64,000 nt of DNA, taken from NCBI GenBank assembly GCA_963702025.1, contig OY969699.1, positions 1,280,001 to 1,344,000 on the forward strand. Reading direction: 5' to 3'. A program made the position numbers and the translations under genes. Of the stretch, positions 9,998 through 19,842 are shown one piece after another. The notes under the pieces are model-generated. The model was given only the letters and a program-made list of their open reading frames with translations, did no database searches and was not told the origin of the DNA. Numbering within the stretch: position 1 is the stretch's first letter; each line of letters begins with the position of its first letter. The DNA comes from an uncultured bacterium. Its GTDB lineage: Bacteria > Babelota > Babeliae > Babelales > Vermiphilaceae.

Positions 9998-11232
9998 ACA
10001 AATAGTGCCTCTTTTTTTAATATATCAGGAATTGTCACCGAACCGTCAGGATTTTGATAGACCTCAAGCAAAGCGACTAATAAGCGTGAAAGAGCTAATG
10101 ATGAACCGTTAAGAGTGTAGACCAATTCGCTCTTGCTTTCGGGGGATCGTTTATAGCGTATCAAGCCTCGCCGTGCTTGGAAATCGGTACAATTACTGAT
10201 CGAAGAAACTTCATAGTATTGTTTTTGCCCCGGCAACCAGACTTCAATATCATATGTTTTTGATGACGCGAATGAGCAATCTTGCGCCGCAAGTAAACTG
10301 ATCCGATAATGCAATCCTAGTTGTCGCAAAATATCTTCCGCACAAGCAAGCATACGTTCTTGTTCTTGATTGGCATGCTCGGGTTCGCAGAGGGTAAATA
10401 GTTCAACTTTTTCAAATTGATGTATACGAATTAATCCGCGTTCATGCGCACCGTAACCACCCGCTTCGCGGCGAAAGCAACTGGTCCAGGCAGTCATGCG
10501 AATTGGCAATTCGGTAGCTGTTAGAATCTTATCGCGATATATATTGCAAAGATTCACTTCAGCAGTCGGAGTTAAGAATAACTTATCTTCAGGAACGGAA
10601 TAAATTTGGTCATGAAATCGAGGCAAATTACTTGAGACAATAAGCGATTGTTCATTAACCAAATACGGTGGCAGAATTGGATCATATCCATGCTTAATAT
10701 TATTTTTGAGCATAAACATACTCAATGCGTACATGATCCGAACGCCATCATTTTTATATAAAACAAAATTACTACCCGTCATGCGTATCGCTGCATCAAA
10801 ATCGATCCAGCCAAGCGCCGTGGCAAGTTCAACGTGATTTTTTACGGGAAAATTTTGCGTAACTTTTGCGCCAAAAGTTTTGATCACTTGATTTGCTTCT
10901 TTGCCGCCGACCGGGATCGATTCTTCGGGAATATTGGGACAACTTAAATACAAATTTCTAAAATTGAGCTCTAATGATTCCAGTTGGGTTTCTTTTATCT
11001 TGAGAATTTTGCCAACTTCTACCGATTGCGTCCGCAATTCTTCCGTTATGCCAGATTTACCCTGTTTGGCAAGCTCATTCTTTTTATGACGCAGCTCTTC
11101 TACTTCCAATCGCAACTTGCGAAGCTGAATGTCCCAATCATATAACTTTTGAGCATCAAAGGTCGGATCTTTTCTTTTCAAAAGTCCGATAATACGCTCA
11201 GGCTGTTCTCGTAAGAGATTTAAATCTATCAT
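9994..11232 (-). CDS. serS: Seryl-tRNA synthetase
   Basis: PTAEV, CFRREAG, GLIRIHQFEKVE, EVSSISNCTDFQARR, TLNGS. Confidence 0.98.
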   Translation of the reverse strand: MIDLNLLREQPERIIGLLKRKDPTFDAQKLYDWDIQLRKLRLEVEELRHKKNELAKQGKSGITEELRTQSVEVGKILKIKETQLESLELNFRNLYLSCPNIPEESIPVGGKEANQVIKTFGAKVTQNFPVKNHVELATALGWIDFDAAIRMTGSNFVLYKNDGVRIMYALSMFMLKNNIKHGYDPILPPYLVNEQSLIVSSNLPRFHDQIYSVPEDKLFLTPTAEVNLCNIYRDKILTATELPIRMTAWTSCFRREAGGYGAHERGLIRIHQFEKVELFTLCEPEHANQEQERMLACAEDILRQLGLHYRISLLAAQDCSFASSKTYDIEVWLPGQKQYYEVSSISNCTDFQARRGLIRYKRSPESKSELVYTLNGSSLALSRLLVALLEVYQNPDGSVTIPDILKKEALFV

Positions 11233-11310
11233 TATTTATCCGATGCATTAATAGCTAAAAGCCTACCAATACAGCAATGATACTGGAAATACCCCCTTTT
11301 GAAAAGGGCA

Positions 11311-11340
11311 AAAAATAAGGCCGCGGATGCGACCTTATTG
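11311..11340 (-). terminator. Intrinsic terminator after HU gene
   Basis: Minus strand aataaggtcgc-atcc-gcggccttatt-tttt. Confidence 0.7.
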
Positions 11341-11366
11341 AGTAAAAGCTTATTCTAAAACGTCAA

Positions 11367-11654
11367 CTAACCAAGCTTAATTGATCGTACAATTTCCCGT
11401 AAGTTTTTGCCCGCTTTAAAACGAGGAACATTAACTGCCGGCAAATCAATACGCTGTTTAGTTGCGGGATTGATTCCTTTACGAGCAGGACGGCGTGAAA
11501 GCCAGAAGCTGCCGAATCCGGTAATAGAAACTTTTTCTCCGCGTTTGAGCGTGCGCTCAATTATACGGGTGAAAGAATCTAAAACGCGTGAAACATCTTT
11601 TTTGCTAAAAGTTGTTTCCTCACTGAGTGAATTTATTAATTCACTTTTATTCAT
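11367..11654 (-). CDS. hup: HU family DNA-binding protein
   Basis: MNKSELI, GFGSF, RKGINPAT, PRFKAGK. Confidence 0.95.
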   Translation of the reverse strand: MNKSELINSLSEETTFSKKDVSRVLDSFTRIIERTLKRGEKVSITGFGSFWLSRRPARKGINPATKQRIDLPAVNVPRFKAGKNLREIVRSIKLG

Positions 11655-11849
11655 AGTTACTCCTTAGAATGGTTAGATGTTAAAAGACTGCTACTTCATT
11701 AAAACTCTTATTTTTATTTTTACGCTAATGGTTGTAACATAGAGTAATTCTATTTACTAATTTGTCAAATAGAAGCAAAATTATTTACTGATTGCAGTAC
11801 TGTAAAAAATAAATATCGCAAATAAAGACAAAAAATATTTGAGGTTGCA

Positions 11850-12677
11850 ATGTTAATTGATACTCATTGCCATATAAATATGATGGTAAAAAAAGATTTT
11901 GATCGATTGTTGACCACCGATGAAATAAAAGCGGCGGGCGATATAGTCAAAGCCGCTCACGCCAACGGCGTCCATTTTATTGTCAACGTTGGCACTTCAC
12001 TGCCTGAAAGTAAAAATTGTGTCACCTTGGCCAAAGAATTAAAGCCGGTGATTGCCGCAATCGGTATCCATCCCAATGATTTAACCCCTTCATGGCGCAG
12101 TGATTTAAAAGAACTTGCATCATATCTAAAGAATAAGCAGGAAAACAAAGTTGTAGCTATCGGCGAATGCGGTATGGATTTTCATTACCCCGATTATAAC
12201 ATCCAACAACAAAAAGATGCATTTAAGGCGCAAATAGAACTTTCATTGGAACACTCAATTGCACTTATTGTACACACCCGCGATGCCCGCGATGAAACAT
12301 TAGGCGTTATTGAAGAATATATAGGGGATATTACTAAGGGCATAATTCATTGTTTTTCGGAAGATATGGATTTTGCCCGAACGGTAATCGATTGGGGATT
12401 TGCGATCGGCATCGGCGGCACAATAACCTATCCCAAAAATGAGTATCTGCGCACTATTGTTAAGACCGTAAAGCTGGAAAATATAGTATTAGAAACGGAC
12501 GCACCCTTTTTGCCTGTCCAAGAGATGCGCGGTAAACAAAACAGTCCCGCATATATAAAAAACATTGCAGAATATATTGCACAATTACGCAATGAGCCAT
12601 TTGAAAACGTTGCACAAAAAACAAGCGCGGCAGCACAAAAAATATTTGATATTGAAAATTTTAATTATATGTGGTGA
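11850..12677 (+). CDS. tatD: TatD family deoxyribonuclease
   Basis: IDTHCH, GIHP, IGECGMD, HTRDA, HCF, ETDAPFL. Confidence 0.95.
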   Translation: MLIDTHCHINMMVKKDFDRLLTTDEIKAAGDIVKAAHANGVHFIVNVGTSLPESKNCVTLAKELKPVIAAIGIHPNDLTPSWRSDLKELASYLKNKQENKVVAIGECGMDFHYPDYNIQQQKDAFKAQIELSLEHSIALIVHTRDARDETLGVIEEYIGDITKGIIHCFSEDMDFARTVIDWGFAIGIGGTITYPKNEYLRTIVKTVKLENIVLETDAPFLPVQEMRGKQNSPAYIKNIAEYIAQLRNEPFENVAQKTSAAAQKIFDIENFNYMW

Positions 12678-13139
12678 TTACCATCTCATCATGCGCCGCA
12701 ATCCAAGATCGAGCCACAAATGAGAAACGGCACCGATAATGAAAAAAAGCGTATCAAAAAAAATAATGCGATTGCAGTCTGGCGCATAGCTACATAAAAA
12801 GAGTGCCGCAACCAAAGGAATAATGATCACAAACCATAATCTATGAAATATTCCCCGATGATTCACGAGCACCGGAACTGCGCAGATAAACCCTAAAATA
12901 ATAAGAGCTTGAATGCGCTCTTTTACGAGCAAAACAACGGCAAGCAATAATGCTATCCAATAAAATAATTTCTGCCCTTTGCTTTTAACATCTACATCCG
13001 GAAATAATGCCCCGGCCAATGTGAATAAAAGCCATTCAATACCAGTTGCCAAGGAAATTACTTGCGTTGTCAGTACAAAATAAATTGCGACTAAGTAGAA
13101 AAAAACACCACCGGCAAGATGGCCCTTATAATTGGGCAT
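12678..13139 (-). CDS. Membrane-bound metal-dependent hydrolase (YdjM-like)
   Basis: GHL, PDVD, HRGIFH, SHLWLD. Confidence 0.85.
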   Translation of the reverse strand: MPNYKGHLAGGVFFYLVAIYFVLTTQVISLATGIEWLLFTLAGALFPDVDVKSKGQKLFYWIALLLAVVLLVKERIQALIILGFICAVPVLVNHRGIFHRLWFVIIIPLVAALFLCSYAPDCNRIIFFDTLFFIIGAVSHLWLDLGLRRMMRW

Positions 13140-13154
13140 TACTAATTCCTTTTT

Positions 13155-14318
13155 TTACGTCAAACGCATAAAACTGGTATCGGGATAATAGAAATTTAAT
13201 ACCGATTTATACGAATATCCTTGGCGCACCATTTCCCGTGCTCCCCATTGGCAGAGCCCTAAATGGTGCCCAATCCCTCTGCCGCTAAAAATGACCTTAT
13301 CCGCGTTGACGCACACATCAAAACAGAAACTGCGTACCTTTGCAAGCATTGAATACACTTTTTTACCGGGCAGTGAAATAAGTTTGTGCTGACTCTTAAT
13401 GTGCACCTGTTGCACCAAGCCTGCCTTATCGGTTTTGGCGACCGAAACCTGCTTTATTTTCTTGAGATTTTTATATTCTTTTTTTACCATCTGCTCGAAT
13501 TGTTCCAATGGGTAAGAAGCGGACCAATTATACATTTTACAATCTTTACAAAAGGTACACGGCATTTTGCGAGCCAAATATGGCGCGTGTAAAAAATTTA
13601 CGCCATGAATATCAAACGGCGTAACTCCACCGCAACACGAATCAAACATCGCCACAATTGGCTTACCTTCGTGTGATAGGAATATGCCTCGGGTTTGCTC
13701 AACTGCTTCTTTGAGAACCGGATCGGTGTGCACACCCGAATAGGTCTGATGTTTATTGGTATTTTTTACATGATACGGCAATGTACTATTTTTATTATTA
13801 AGAACTACCCCAATAACATAGCTGCGCGAGGCAATTGCAAATGCTTTATTAACTTCTAATGGCCAACCCGGCCAACTTTCAGTGCGTAGAACTGAACATA
13901 CATACTCTTCCAAATCCAATGAATTAATAAGATAGAGAGTCTGTGCTTGTCTGGTTACCAGTAATGATCCGTGATATTCTTTACCGTCAAACTTTAGATT
14001 GCCCTGCACTGGCAATATATAGAGTGTTTGACTGTCAAATACAACACCATTTACTTCAAAAAACTTTTTTTTATAGGCCACATCTAGTTCGCGCCCTTCA
14101 ATTGCCATCTTTTTTTTTGAGGTTGGATTTACAACGGTAAACCCATATTCTGACCCAATCTGCCAATCAGTTTTTTCATGAATATTTTTTTCTTGTAAAA
14201 GAACCCGTACATGGTAAGTACGTTTTTTGACAGGCTGATTCTGAGGTGCTTCTTGACTGCATAGGGAGAAACTGTGAAAAATAAATAAAATAATAAATAA
14301 TTTACCAGGATATTTCAT
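13155..14318 (-). CDS. SpoIID/LytB domain lytic transglycosylase
   Basis: LEEYV...E...W...KAFAIASRSY, CCGG, GIGHHLGLCQWGA, FYYP. Confidence 0.92.
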   Translation of the reverse strand: MKYPGKLFIILFIFHSFSLCSQEAPQNQPVKKRTYHVRVLLQEKNIHEKTDWQIGSEYGFTVVNPTSKKKMAIEGRELDVAYKKKFFEVNGVVFDSQTLYILPVQGNLKFDGKEYHGSLLVTRQAQTLYLINSLDLEEYVCSVLRTESWPGWPLEVNKAFAIASRSYVIGVVLNNKNSTLPYHVKNTNKHQTYSGVHTDPVLKEAVEQTRGIFLSHEGKPIVAMFDSCCGGVTPFDIHGVNFLHAPYLARKMPCTFCKDCKMYNWSASYPLEQFEQMVKKEYKNLKKIKQVSVAKTDKAGLVQQVHIKSQHKLISLPGKKVYSMLAKVRSFCFDVCVNADKVIFSGRGIGHHLGLCQWGAREMVRQGYSYKSVLNFYYPDTSFMRLT

Positions 14319-14820
14319 GTTTCTCTAAAAGTGTAATGAACCCCGTTGGAAGTGAAACTTTCTTGTCGATTCCTACATTTGCCATTTCATCTGCTATCTC
14401 ATTCTTTTCGCGCAATACATGCGCAATAGAAAAATGAACACCATGCAACATTTTTTTTGCGAGCATATGCAAAGGAAGAAGCTCGGGATGTTTAACCCGA
14501 TACTCACCTTTAAACTGCTTTACCAAAAGTTCTGAATCAGAAAAAATATCCAAGTGATCGGCAACGCCATCATGTTCATGAAAAAAATAGAGACCAACCA
14601 ATAATGCCGCATATTCTGCTTGATTATTTGTTTTGCTACCCAGATAAAAGCCTTTTTTAACTATCGGTTTATCATTCTTGCACAGATAAATACCAGCACC
14701 TGCTGGCCCGGGATTCTTGCGCGCGGCACCATCAATAAAGAGCCGCCAATGATCGGGATGTTCTTTAGTATTCTTTTCATGCGCATCCGGCGCAAATATG
14801 GTAAGATTATTATGCTTCAT
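14302..14820 (-). CDS. rnhA: Ribonuclease HI (short archaeal/actinobacterial type)
   Basis: DGAARKNPGPAG, TNNQAEY, DSELLV, REKNEIADEMAN. Confidence 0.92.
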   Translation of the reverse strand: MKHNNLTIFAPDAHEKNTKEHPDHWRLFIDGAARKNPGPAGAGIYLCKNDKPIVKKGFYLGSKTNNQAEYAALLVGLYFFHEHDGVADHLDIFSDSELLVKQFKGEYRVKHPELLPLHMLAKKMLHGVHFSIAHVLREKNEIADEMANVGIDKKVSLPTGFITLLEKHEISW

Positions 14821-15542
14821 GCTGCATCATTTTTTAATTGGGCTTCTGGCAAATAGAGTAAACGAAAACAATCTTTGCATTGCATAAGCTTTCTGTGTTT
14901 GAGTGCTTGCATATCCTGTGCCGAAACTTTATAAAAACAGGCACTACAACTACCATCAACGACTGGAACAACCGGATCGGTTACCCGTGAACGCATAACC
15001 GCATACTTTTGCAACCATTCTTCCGGAATGCCTTTTTCTTTCTGGACCCGGTCAGCCATTAGTGTGGCGATTTCACCATTAATTTGTTCAATATGTTGAT
15101 TATTTTTTTCTTTATTTTGGTTCGCGGTTTGTTCTTGCTGCTCATAATTCTTGACTGCTCCCTCAAGTTCTTTTTTAGCCAATTCAGCTTGATTCCATGC
15201 GTCAACAAGTACTTGTTCAAGATCATGTTGTGCTTTTTTTATTTTATCTATTTCAGATTTAATGGACTGGTATTCTTTATGATTTGCTACGTTCTCAAGC
15301 CGCTTTTTTTTGTCTGCCTCTTGCTGATCAAGAGTTTTCATTTCAAGTTCTTTAGCATCCACTTCTTTGCGAATATCATGAAACTTGTTTTTCATCACAT
15401 CGAGAGCCTGTTTATTGGCAGCGTCTTGCAGAACAATCTGAGCATTTTCTTTAGTAAGTGAAGCTATAGTGGCATTTAAACTATTGATTTTTTGATCAAC
15501 CTGGACAAGCATAATGAACTGTTCAAAAGGCGTTTGAGTCAT
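14817..15542 (-). CDS. Coiled-coil C4 zinc-ribbon protein (CT398/DUF164-like)
   Basis: Long coiled coil with CSAC...CKDCFRLLY; GGAG SD before ATG 15542. Confidence 0.88.
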   Translation of the reverse strand: MTQTPFEQFIMLVQVDQKINSLNATIASLTKENAQIVLQDAANKQALDVMKNKFHDIRKEVDAKELEMKTLDQQEADKKKRLENVANHKEYQSIKSEIDKIKKAQHDLEQVLVDAWNQAELAKKELEGAVKNYEQQEQTANQNKEKNNQHIEQINGEIATLMADRVQKEKGIPEEWLQKYAVMRSRVTDPVVPVVDGSCSACFYKVSAQDMQALKHRKLMQCKDCFRLLYLPEAQLKNDAA

Positions 15543-15598
15543 GCGCTTCTCCAATAAGAATTGTTTTATTAATTATAGCTGAAAGCTAATTGTGCCTT

Positions 15599-15763
15599 CC
15601 TTTAAAGAACTGACCGTGCCAGTCCAGCCTTCGCTTATCCACGCCTTCCGGCTTGGCAAGCTACGGCGGACAGCCTACGCTTGGTGCTATAATGTCAACT
15701 TTTCGTCTCAAATCAATCCTTCAAAGAACTGGCCGTGCCAGCCGAAGCCTTGGCGTAGGCTGG
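15599..15763. repeat. Repeat cluster 3' of tRNA-Ile2: two family-2 hairpins and a 24-bp direct repeat
   Basis: DR 15599-15622 vs 15718-15741 (22/24 identical); hairpins at 15624-15669 and 15738-15763. Confidence 0.75.
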
Positions 15764-15836
15764 TGGGCCCACCAGGATTTGAACCTGGGACCTCTCGGTT
15801 ATGAGCCGATTGCTCTAACCGCTGAGCTATGGGCCC
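15761..15836 (-). tRNA. tRNA with CAT anticodon, probably tRNA-Ile2 (lysidine)
   Basis: GGGCCCATAGCTCAGCGGTTAGAGC...CTCATAA...GGTTCAAATCCTGGTGGGCCCACCA; the Ile-like acceptor stem suggests Ile2 identity. Confidence 0.85.
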
Positions 15837-15891
15837 GCTTAAAAAGCTACTCTAATGGTAAGCTAAAACAGGGTATTTGTGAAGCTTCTTT

Positions 15892-16899
15892 TTATGAAAC
15901 AAAAAGTAAAAAATCTTTCAGGCGTTCGCTATATCCCCATTCATTATCATACCAACCCATCACCTTGACCATGGAATCCTGAACATCGGTGGATAATCCA
16001 TCAATTATTACCGAATGTGGGTCACCCTTAAAATCACTTGAGACAAGCGGTTCATTGGTAAAACCAATAAGTGTGGATAGGTTCGTTTGTGAGGCCTTTA
16101 AAAACGCTGCATTAATGTCTTGTGTAGAGGTCTTCTTTTTAACATTTACGGTTAAATCTATCAATGAAACAATGCCCACCGGCACGCGTAGAGAACTTGC
16201 TGCAATGCACGATCCTAATTCCGGAAGAATCTTAGTAATCATTTTCGAGGCTCCGGTAGTAGTTGGTATAATATTCAAAGCCGCAGCACGTGAAAGGCGT
16301 AAGCTCTTTGCCTCAACATCAAGCAACACTTGTGAATTGGTATATGCATGTATTGTTGTCATAAAACCATTGAGTATGCCAAAATTGTCATTAATAACTT
16401 TGAGCATTGGTATAAAAGCATTTGTTGTGCAGCTTCCTAAGGAAACAATCTGATGTTTTTTGCTATCGAATAATTCCTGGTTGATACACGGAATAATACT
16501 GATATCTTCATCGGTTGCCGGCGCAGTTATCAAAACGTGTTGTGCGCCTGATTTTATGTGCCGTTCGGCATTTTCTCGTTTGGTAAAATGTCCGGAAGCA
16601 TCCACCACCCAGTCAACCTGATAGTTCTGCCAGCCAATATCCTCCGGATTACACTTGGCTACAACAGCAATGATCTTATCATCAATATGCAGTTTACCAC
16701 CATCCATGCGCACGTTGCCTGAATAGGTTCCCATAATGGTGTCATATTTAAACAGGTGGGCAATAACATCAATCTGCCCAGGACCAATATTAATTACGGC
16801 AACGTCAATTTTCTTATGCGTTGCTTTATCCGCTAAGAGTGTGCGTAAAAAAGCGCGACCGATTCTTCCAAAACCATTAATGGCAATACGCATAAGCAT
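15892..16899 (-). CDS. gap: Glyceraldehyde-3-phosphate dehydrogenase
   Basis: INGFGRIGR, SCTTN, TTIHAYT, WYDNEWGYS. Confidence 0.98.
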   Translation of the reverse strand: MLMRIAINGFGRIGRAFLRTLLADKATHKKIDVAVINIGPGQIDVIAHLFKYDTIMGTYSGNVRMDGGKLHIDDKIIAVVAKCNPEDIGWQNYQVDWVVDASGHFTKRENAERHIKSGAQHVLITAPATDEDISIIPCINQELFDSKKHQIVSLGSCTTNAFIPMLKVINDNFGILNGFMTTIHAYTNSQVLLDVEAKSLRLSRAAALNIIPTTTGASKMITKILPELGSCIAASSLRVPVGIVSLIDLTVNVKKKTSTQDINAAFLKASQTNLSTLIGFTNEPLVSSDFKGDPHSVIIDGLSTDVQDSMVKVMGWYDNEWGYSERLKDFLLFVS

Positions 16900-16936
16900 T
16901 ACTCCTTTTTTATGTATTTAAAACTCTTTTTTTGGT

Positions 16937-17752
16937 TTACCAATTACGTATTCGATCAAGCACAAGCAACTCTTCTTGTTCATCCATTATTGGCAATTCT
17001 AATATTATGGGCACATTGGCAAGATTCGGAATATGTATTATTTGCGGTAACGCGTCGGCAAGAAAGCCGGTTCCAGGATTTTCATGCCGATCAATAAGAG
17101 AGCCACATAGTTGCATAGTGTCATTAAGATGAATGAGGGCAATATTTGTAAACCCTACTGTTTGATCAACAAGTTGCAGGAAATCCTGACACTTTTGAGA
17201 ATCAGCTAGATCATAGCCATACGAGTATGCATGCGCAGTATCAAGACAAAATTGAACCTTTTCAGGGTGATCGAGCCGTTCTTTGATAAAAGAAAAATCA
17301 TGAAAATCACCACCAAGCGATCTGCCACCATGCGCAGAATTTTCAAGCACAATTACCAAATCATTTTCTGTTTTAGTAATTTTATTCAATTTTTTTGCAA
17401 TCAATCCTAATGCCGACGACTTATCCTTTACCCTTTTAGCGGCACCACAATGAAGCACAATATGGGTAAATGCTAATTTTTTTGCTAAGTCGATTTCCCG
17501 TAACAAAATTTTATTGCCCGAATATTCACTGGCAAGATTGATCCAATAAGAACCATGCAAATAGATGTTTTTAAATAAGGGGCGCCAGTCCTTTAAAAAA
17601 GTTGCAATTTCTGCATCAGTAAGCTGAATAAACGTATTGGTTTCTTGATGAATAAAGAAACATTGAAAAATTGGCATTTTGAAAGCATGAGCTTTTTGTG
17701 CCACATCAAAAATGGTTCCGGTAAGACGAATATGCAAGCCAAGCATTTTCAC
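16937..17752 (-). CDS. nfo: Endonuclease IV (AP endonuclease)
   Basis: HGSYWINL, LENSA, CLDTAH, IHLND, DRH. Confidence 0.93.
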   Translation of the reverse strand: MKMLGLHIRLTGTIFDVAQKAHAFKMPIFQCFFIHQETNTFIQLTDAEIATFLKDWRPLFKNIYLHGSYWINLASEYSGNKILLREIDLAKKLAFTHIVLHCGAAKRVKDKSSALGLIAKKLNKITKTENDLVIVLENSAHGGRSLGGDFHDFSFIKERLDHPEKVQFCLDTAHAYSYGYDLADSQKCQDFLQLVDQTVGFTNIALIHLNDTMQLCGSLIDRHENPGTGFLADALPQIIHIPNLANVPIILELPIMDEQEELLVLDRIRNW

Positions 17753-17756
17753 TATA

Positions 17757-19166
17757 TTATCTTTGATTAAGAGCTTTTTCTAATACGTTTTTTGCAAAAT
17801 ATGGGGCCAATGCTTCAAAAATATCTTTTTTTATTTTTTCAAATCCTTGCAGCGAATCAGATTCGAATCGCACACTCAACACGGGTTGCGTATTAGACAC
17901 ACGAATACTGGTCCAGCCATAGGGAAAATGCGCCCGCACGCCATCAATGGTGATTAATTCGACATCTTTCCGTTTGCCAAATTCTTTTTTTAGATGCTCA
18001 ACAATTTTAAACTTTTCTTCATCGGTACTCGGAATTCGAATTTCGGGCGAACTAATTTTTTTGGGGAAAATACGTAACAATTCATCAAGAGGTTTTCCTG
18101 ATTTCACTATAATTTCCAACAAACGCATCATTGCATATATACCATCATCATAGCCAAAATAACGATCCTCAAAGAAAAAGTGGCAACTCAATTCACCGCC
18201 CAAAAGAGCAGTATGCTCATTCATTTTTTCTTTTATAATGGCATGGCCACAGGGAGAAATATAGGGTTTGGCATGCCACTGTTGTAAAAGTTCAACTAAT
18301 CCCTGAGAACATTTCACATCAAAGACTATGGCAGCATGGGGATTATCCTTTAAAAAATCCTGCGCGAAAAGAGCAAGTAATTGATCCCCGGGTACTAAAA
18401 AACCCTTTTTGGTCATTGCATCCATACGATCACAATCACCATCAAGGCCAATGCCAACTGCTGCGTCAGTTTTTTTTAATGCAGCTTTTACATCGACCAT
18501 ATTCTTTTGGATGGTCGGGTCAGCTTCATGATTAGGATAGGTGCCATCAACTTCCACACAAAGAAGTTGTACATTTTTCCACTGCATACGCTCAACAAGT
18601 TGCGGCAAAACACTGCCTCCTGCACCATTACCGCTATCGATAATAATAGGAAGTTTCATGCCAACTAATGATGGAAAATAATTATGCATCGCAGCAACAT
18701 ACTCATCAATTAAATTATGGCTTTTTATACTTCCCCTAACTTTAGCAATTGGAACAAGTTGCTCTTCTTTATAGAGATCATATATCTCTTTTATCTGAGA
18801 TCCCCAGATTGTTTTCGTGCCAAGTAATAATTTAATGCCATTATATTCTTTAGGATTATGAGATGCGGTAATCATAAGCCCTGCATCAACATTGAATGTA
18901 TATAGACCATAATAAAGAACCGGCGATGGGCATATACCTAGCACAATTACATCAAATCCGCAATCTTGCAGCGCACCGACCATGGCATCTTGAATTGCGG
19001 GAGAACTAACTCTTCCATCTCTGCCCACCAGAACAGTCTTGAGCCCGGGCTTTTGGCGAACAAAATACATCATAATCGCGCGAGTAAGATTATACACATC
19101 ATCAATGATTAACTCAGTGCCTACCTTACCCCGAATATCATATTCACGAAAAATAGAATGATGCAT
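17757..19166 (-). CDS. Phosphomannomutase/phosphoglucomutase
   Basis: FREYDIRG, TASHNP, DGDCDR, GELSCH. Confidence 0.96.
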   Translation of the reverse strand: MHHSIFREYDIRGKVGTELIIDDVYNLTRAIMMYFVRQKPGLKTVLVGRDGRVSSPAIQDAMVGALQDCGFDVIVLGICPSPVLYYGLYTFNVDAGLMITASHNPKEYNGIKLLLGTKTIWGSQIKEIYDLYKEEQLVPIAKVRGSIKSHNLIDEYVAAMHNYFPSLVGMKLPIIIDSGNGAGGSVLPQLVERMQWKNVQLLCVEVDGTYPNHEADPTIQKNMVDVKAALKKTDAAVGIGLDGDCDRMDAMTKKGFLVPGDQLLALFAQDFLKDNPHAAIVFDVKCSQGLVELLQQWHAKPYISPCGHAIIKEKMNEHTALLGGELSCHFFFEDRYFGYDDGIYAMMRLLEIIVKSGKPLDELLRIFPKKISSPEIRIPSTDEEKFKIVEHLKKEFGKRKDVELITIDGVRAHFPYGWTSIRVSNTQPVLSVRFESDSLQGFEKIKKDIFEALAPYFAKNVLEKALNQR

Positions 19167-19184
19167 TTTGTTCGCCTTGTTATT

Positions 19185-19640
19185 TTATTTAATGCCGATA
19201 AGCTCAACATCAAAAATAAGTGTAGCATTGGCAGGAATTACTGCACCAACGGCTCTATTGCCATACGCTAATGAAGGTGGGATAATTAAGCGGCGTGTTT
19301 CACCAACTTTCATCTGCATCACCCCTTGATCCCATCCCAGAATTACTTGCCCACGACCAATGACAAATTGGAAAGGTGTACCGCGATCTTTACTGCTATC
19401 AAACTTTTTTCCTTGTACAGGATTGCCATTCTTATCCCGTTCTTCCAGCCAGCCGGTATAATGAACCGTTACCACATCGCCTATTTTTGGCGATTTTGCT
19501 TGGGCATCTTTAGTCGGGACCAGTATCTCAAAGCGCAACCCTTGGGTTGATTTAGTGGCACATGAATCAGATTTACACATTGTGGTTGCTCCTATGTTAA
19601 GGCTTAACAGCAGTGAAAGTGGCAATATCATTTTGTTCAT
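19185..19640 (-). CDS. Secreted FKBP-type peptidyl-prolyl isomerase
   Basis: VHYTGWL, FDSS, GQVILGWDQG, AYG, IPANATLIFDVEL; signal peptide. Confidence 0.95.
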   Translation of the reverse strand: MNKMILPLSLLLSLNIGATTMCKSDSCATKSTQGLRFEILVPTKDAQAKSPKIGDVVTVHYTGWLEERDKNGNPVQGKKFDSSKDRGTPFQFVIGRGQVILGWDQGVMQMKVGETRRLIIPPSLAYGNRAVGAVIPANATLIFDVELIGIK

Positions 19641-19775
19641 ATATTCTCCTATAAAACTTATATTTGGGACGTTTAATCACTATACCATTTTTGCATATAA
19701 TGCTATTAATCTTAATAGCATCTTAAAAATCAAGCAAATACGGATTTTTCTGATTCTTCTGATTCAACAACAATC

Positions 19776-19804
19776 CTGACAAAAATATGAAATAACGGTA
19801 TACT
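19776..19804 (+). promoter_or_regulatory. Putative sigma70 promoter of sbcC
   Basis: CTGACA-N17-TATACT. Confidence 0.5.
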
Positions 19805-19842
19805 GCACACAATAAAATTCTCTTTCATCTGTTGGGTAGGCA

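Noticed and set aside
15592..15982. Two short plus-strand ORFs
   Set aside because: They run through GC-rich hairpins and antisense to tRNA-Ile2 and gap
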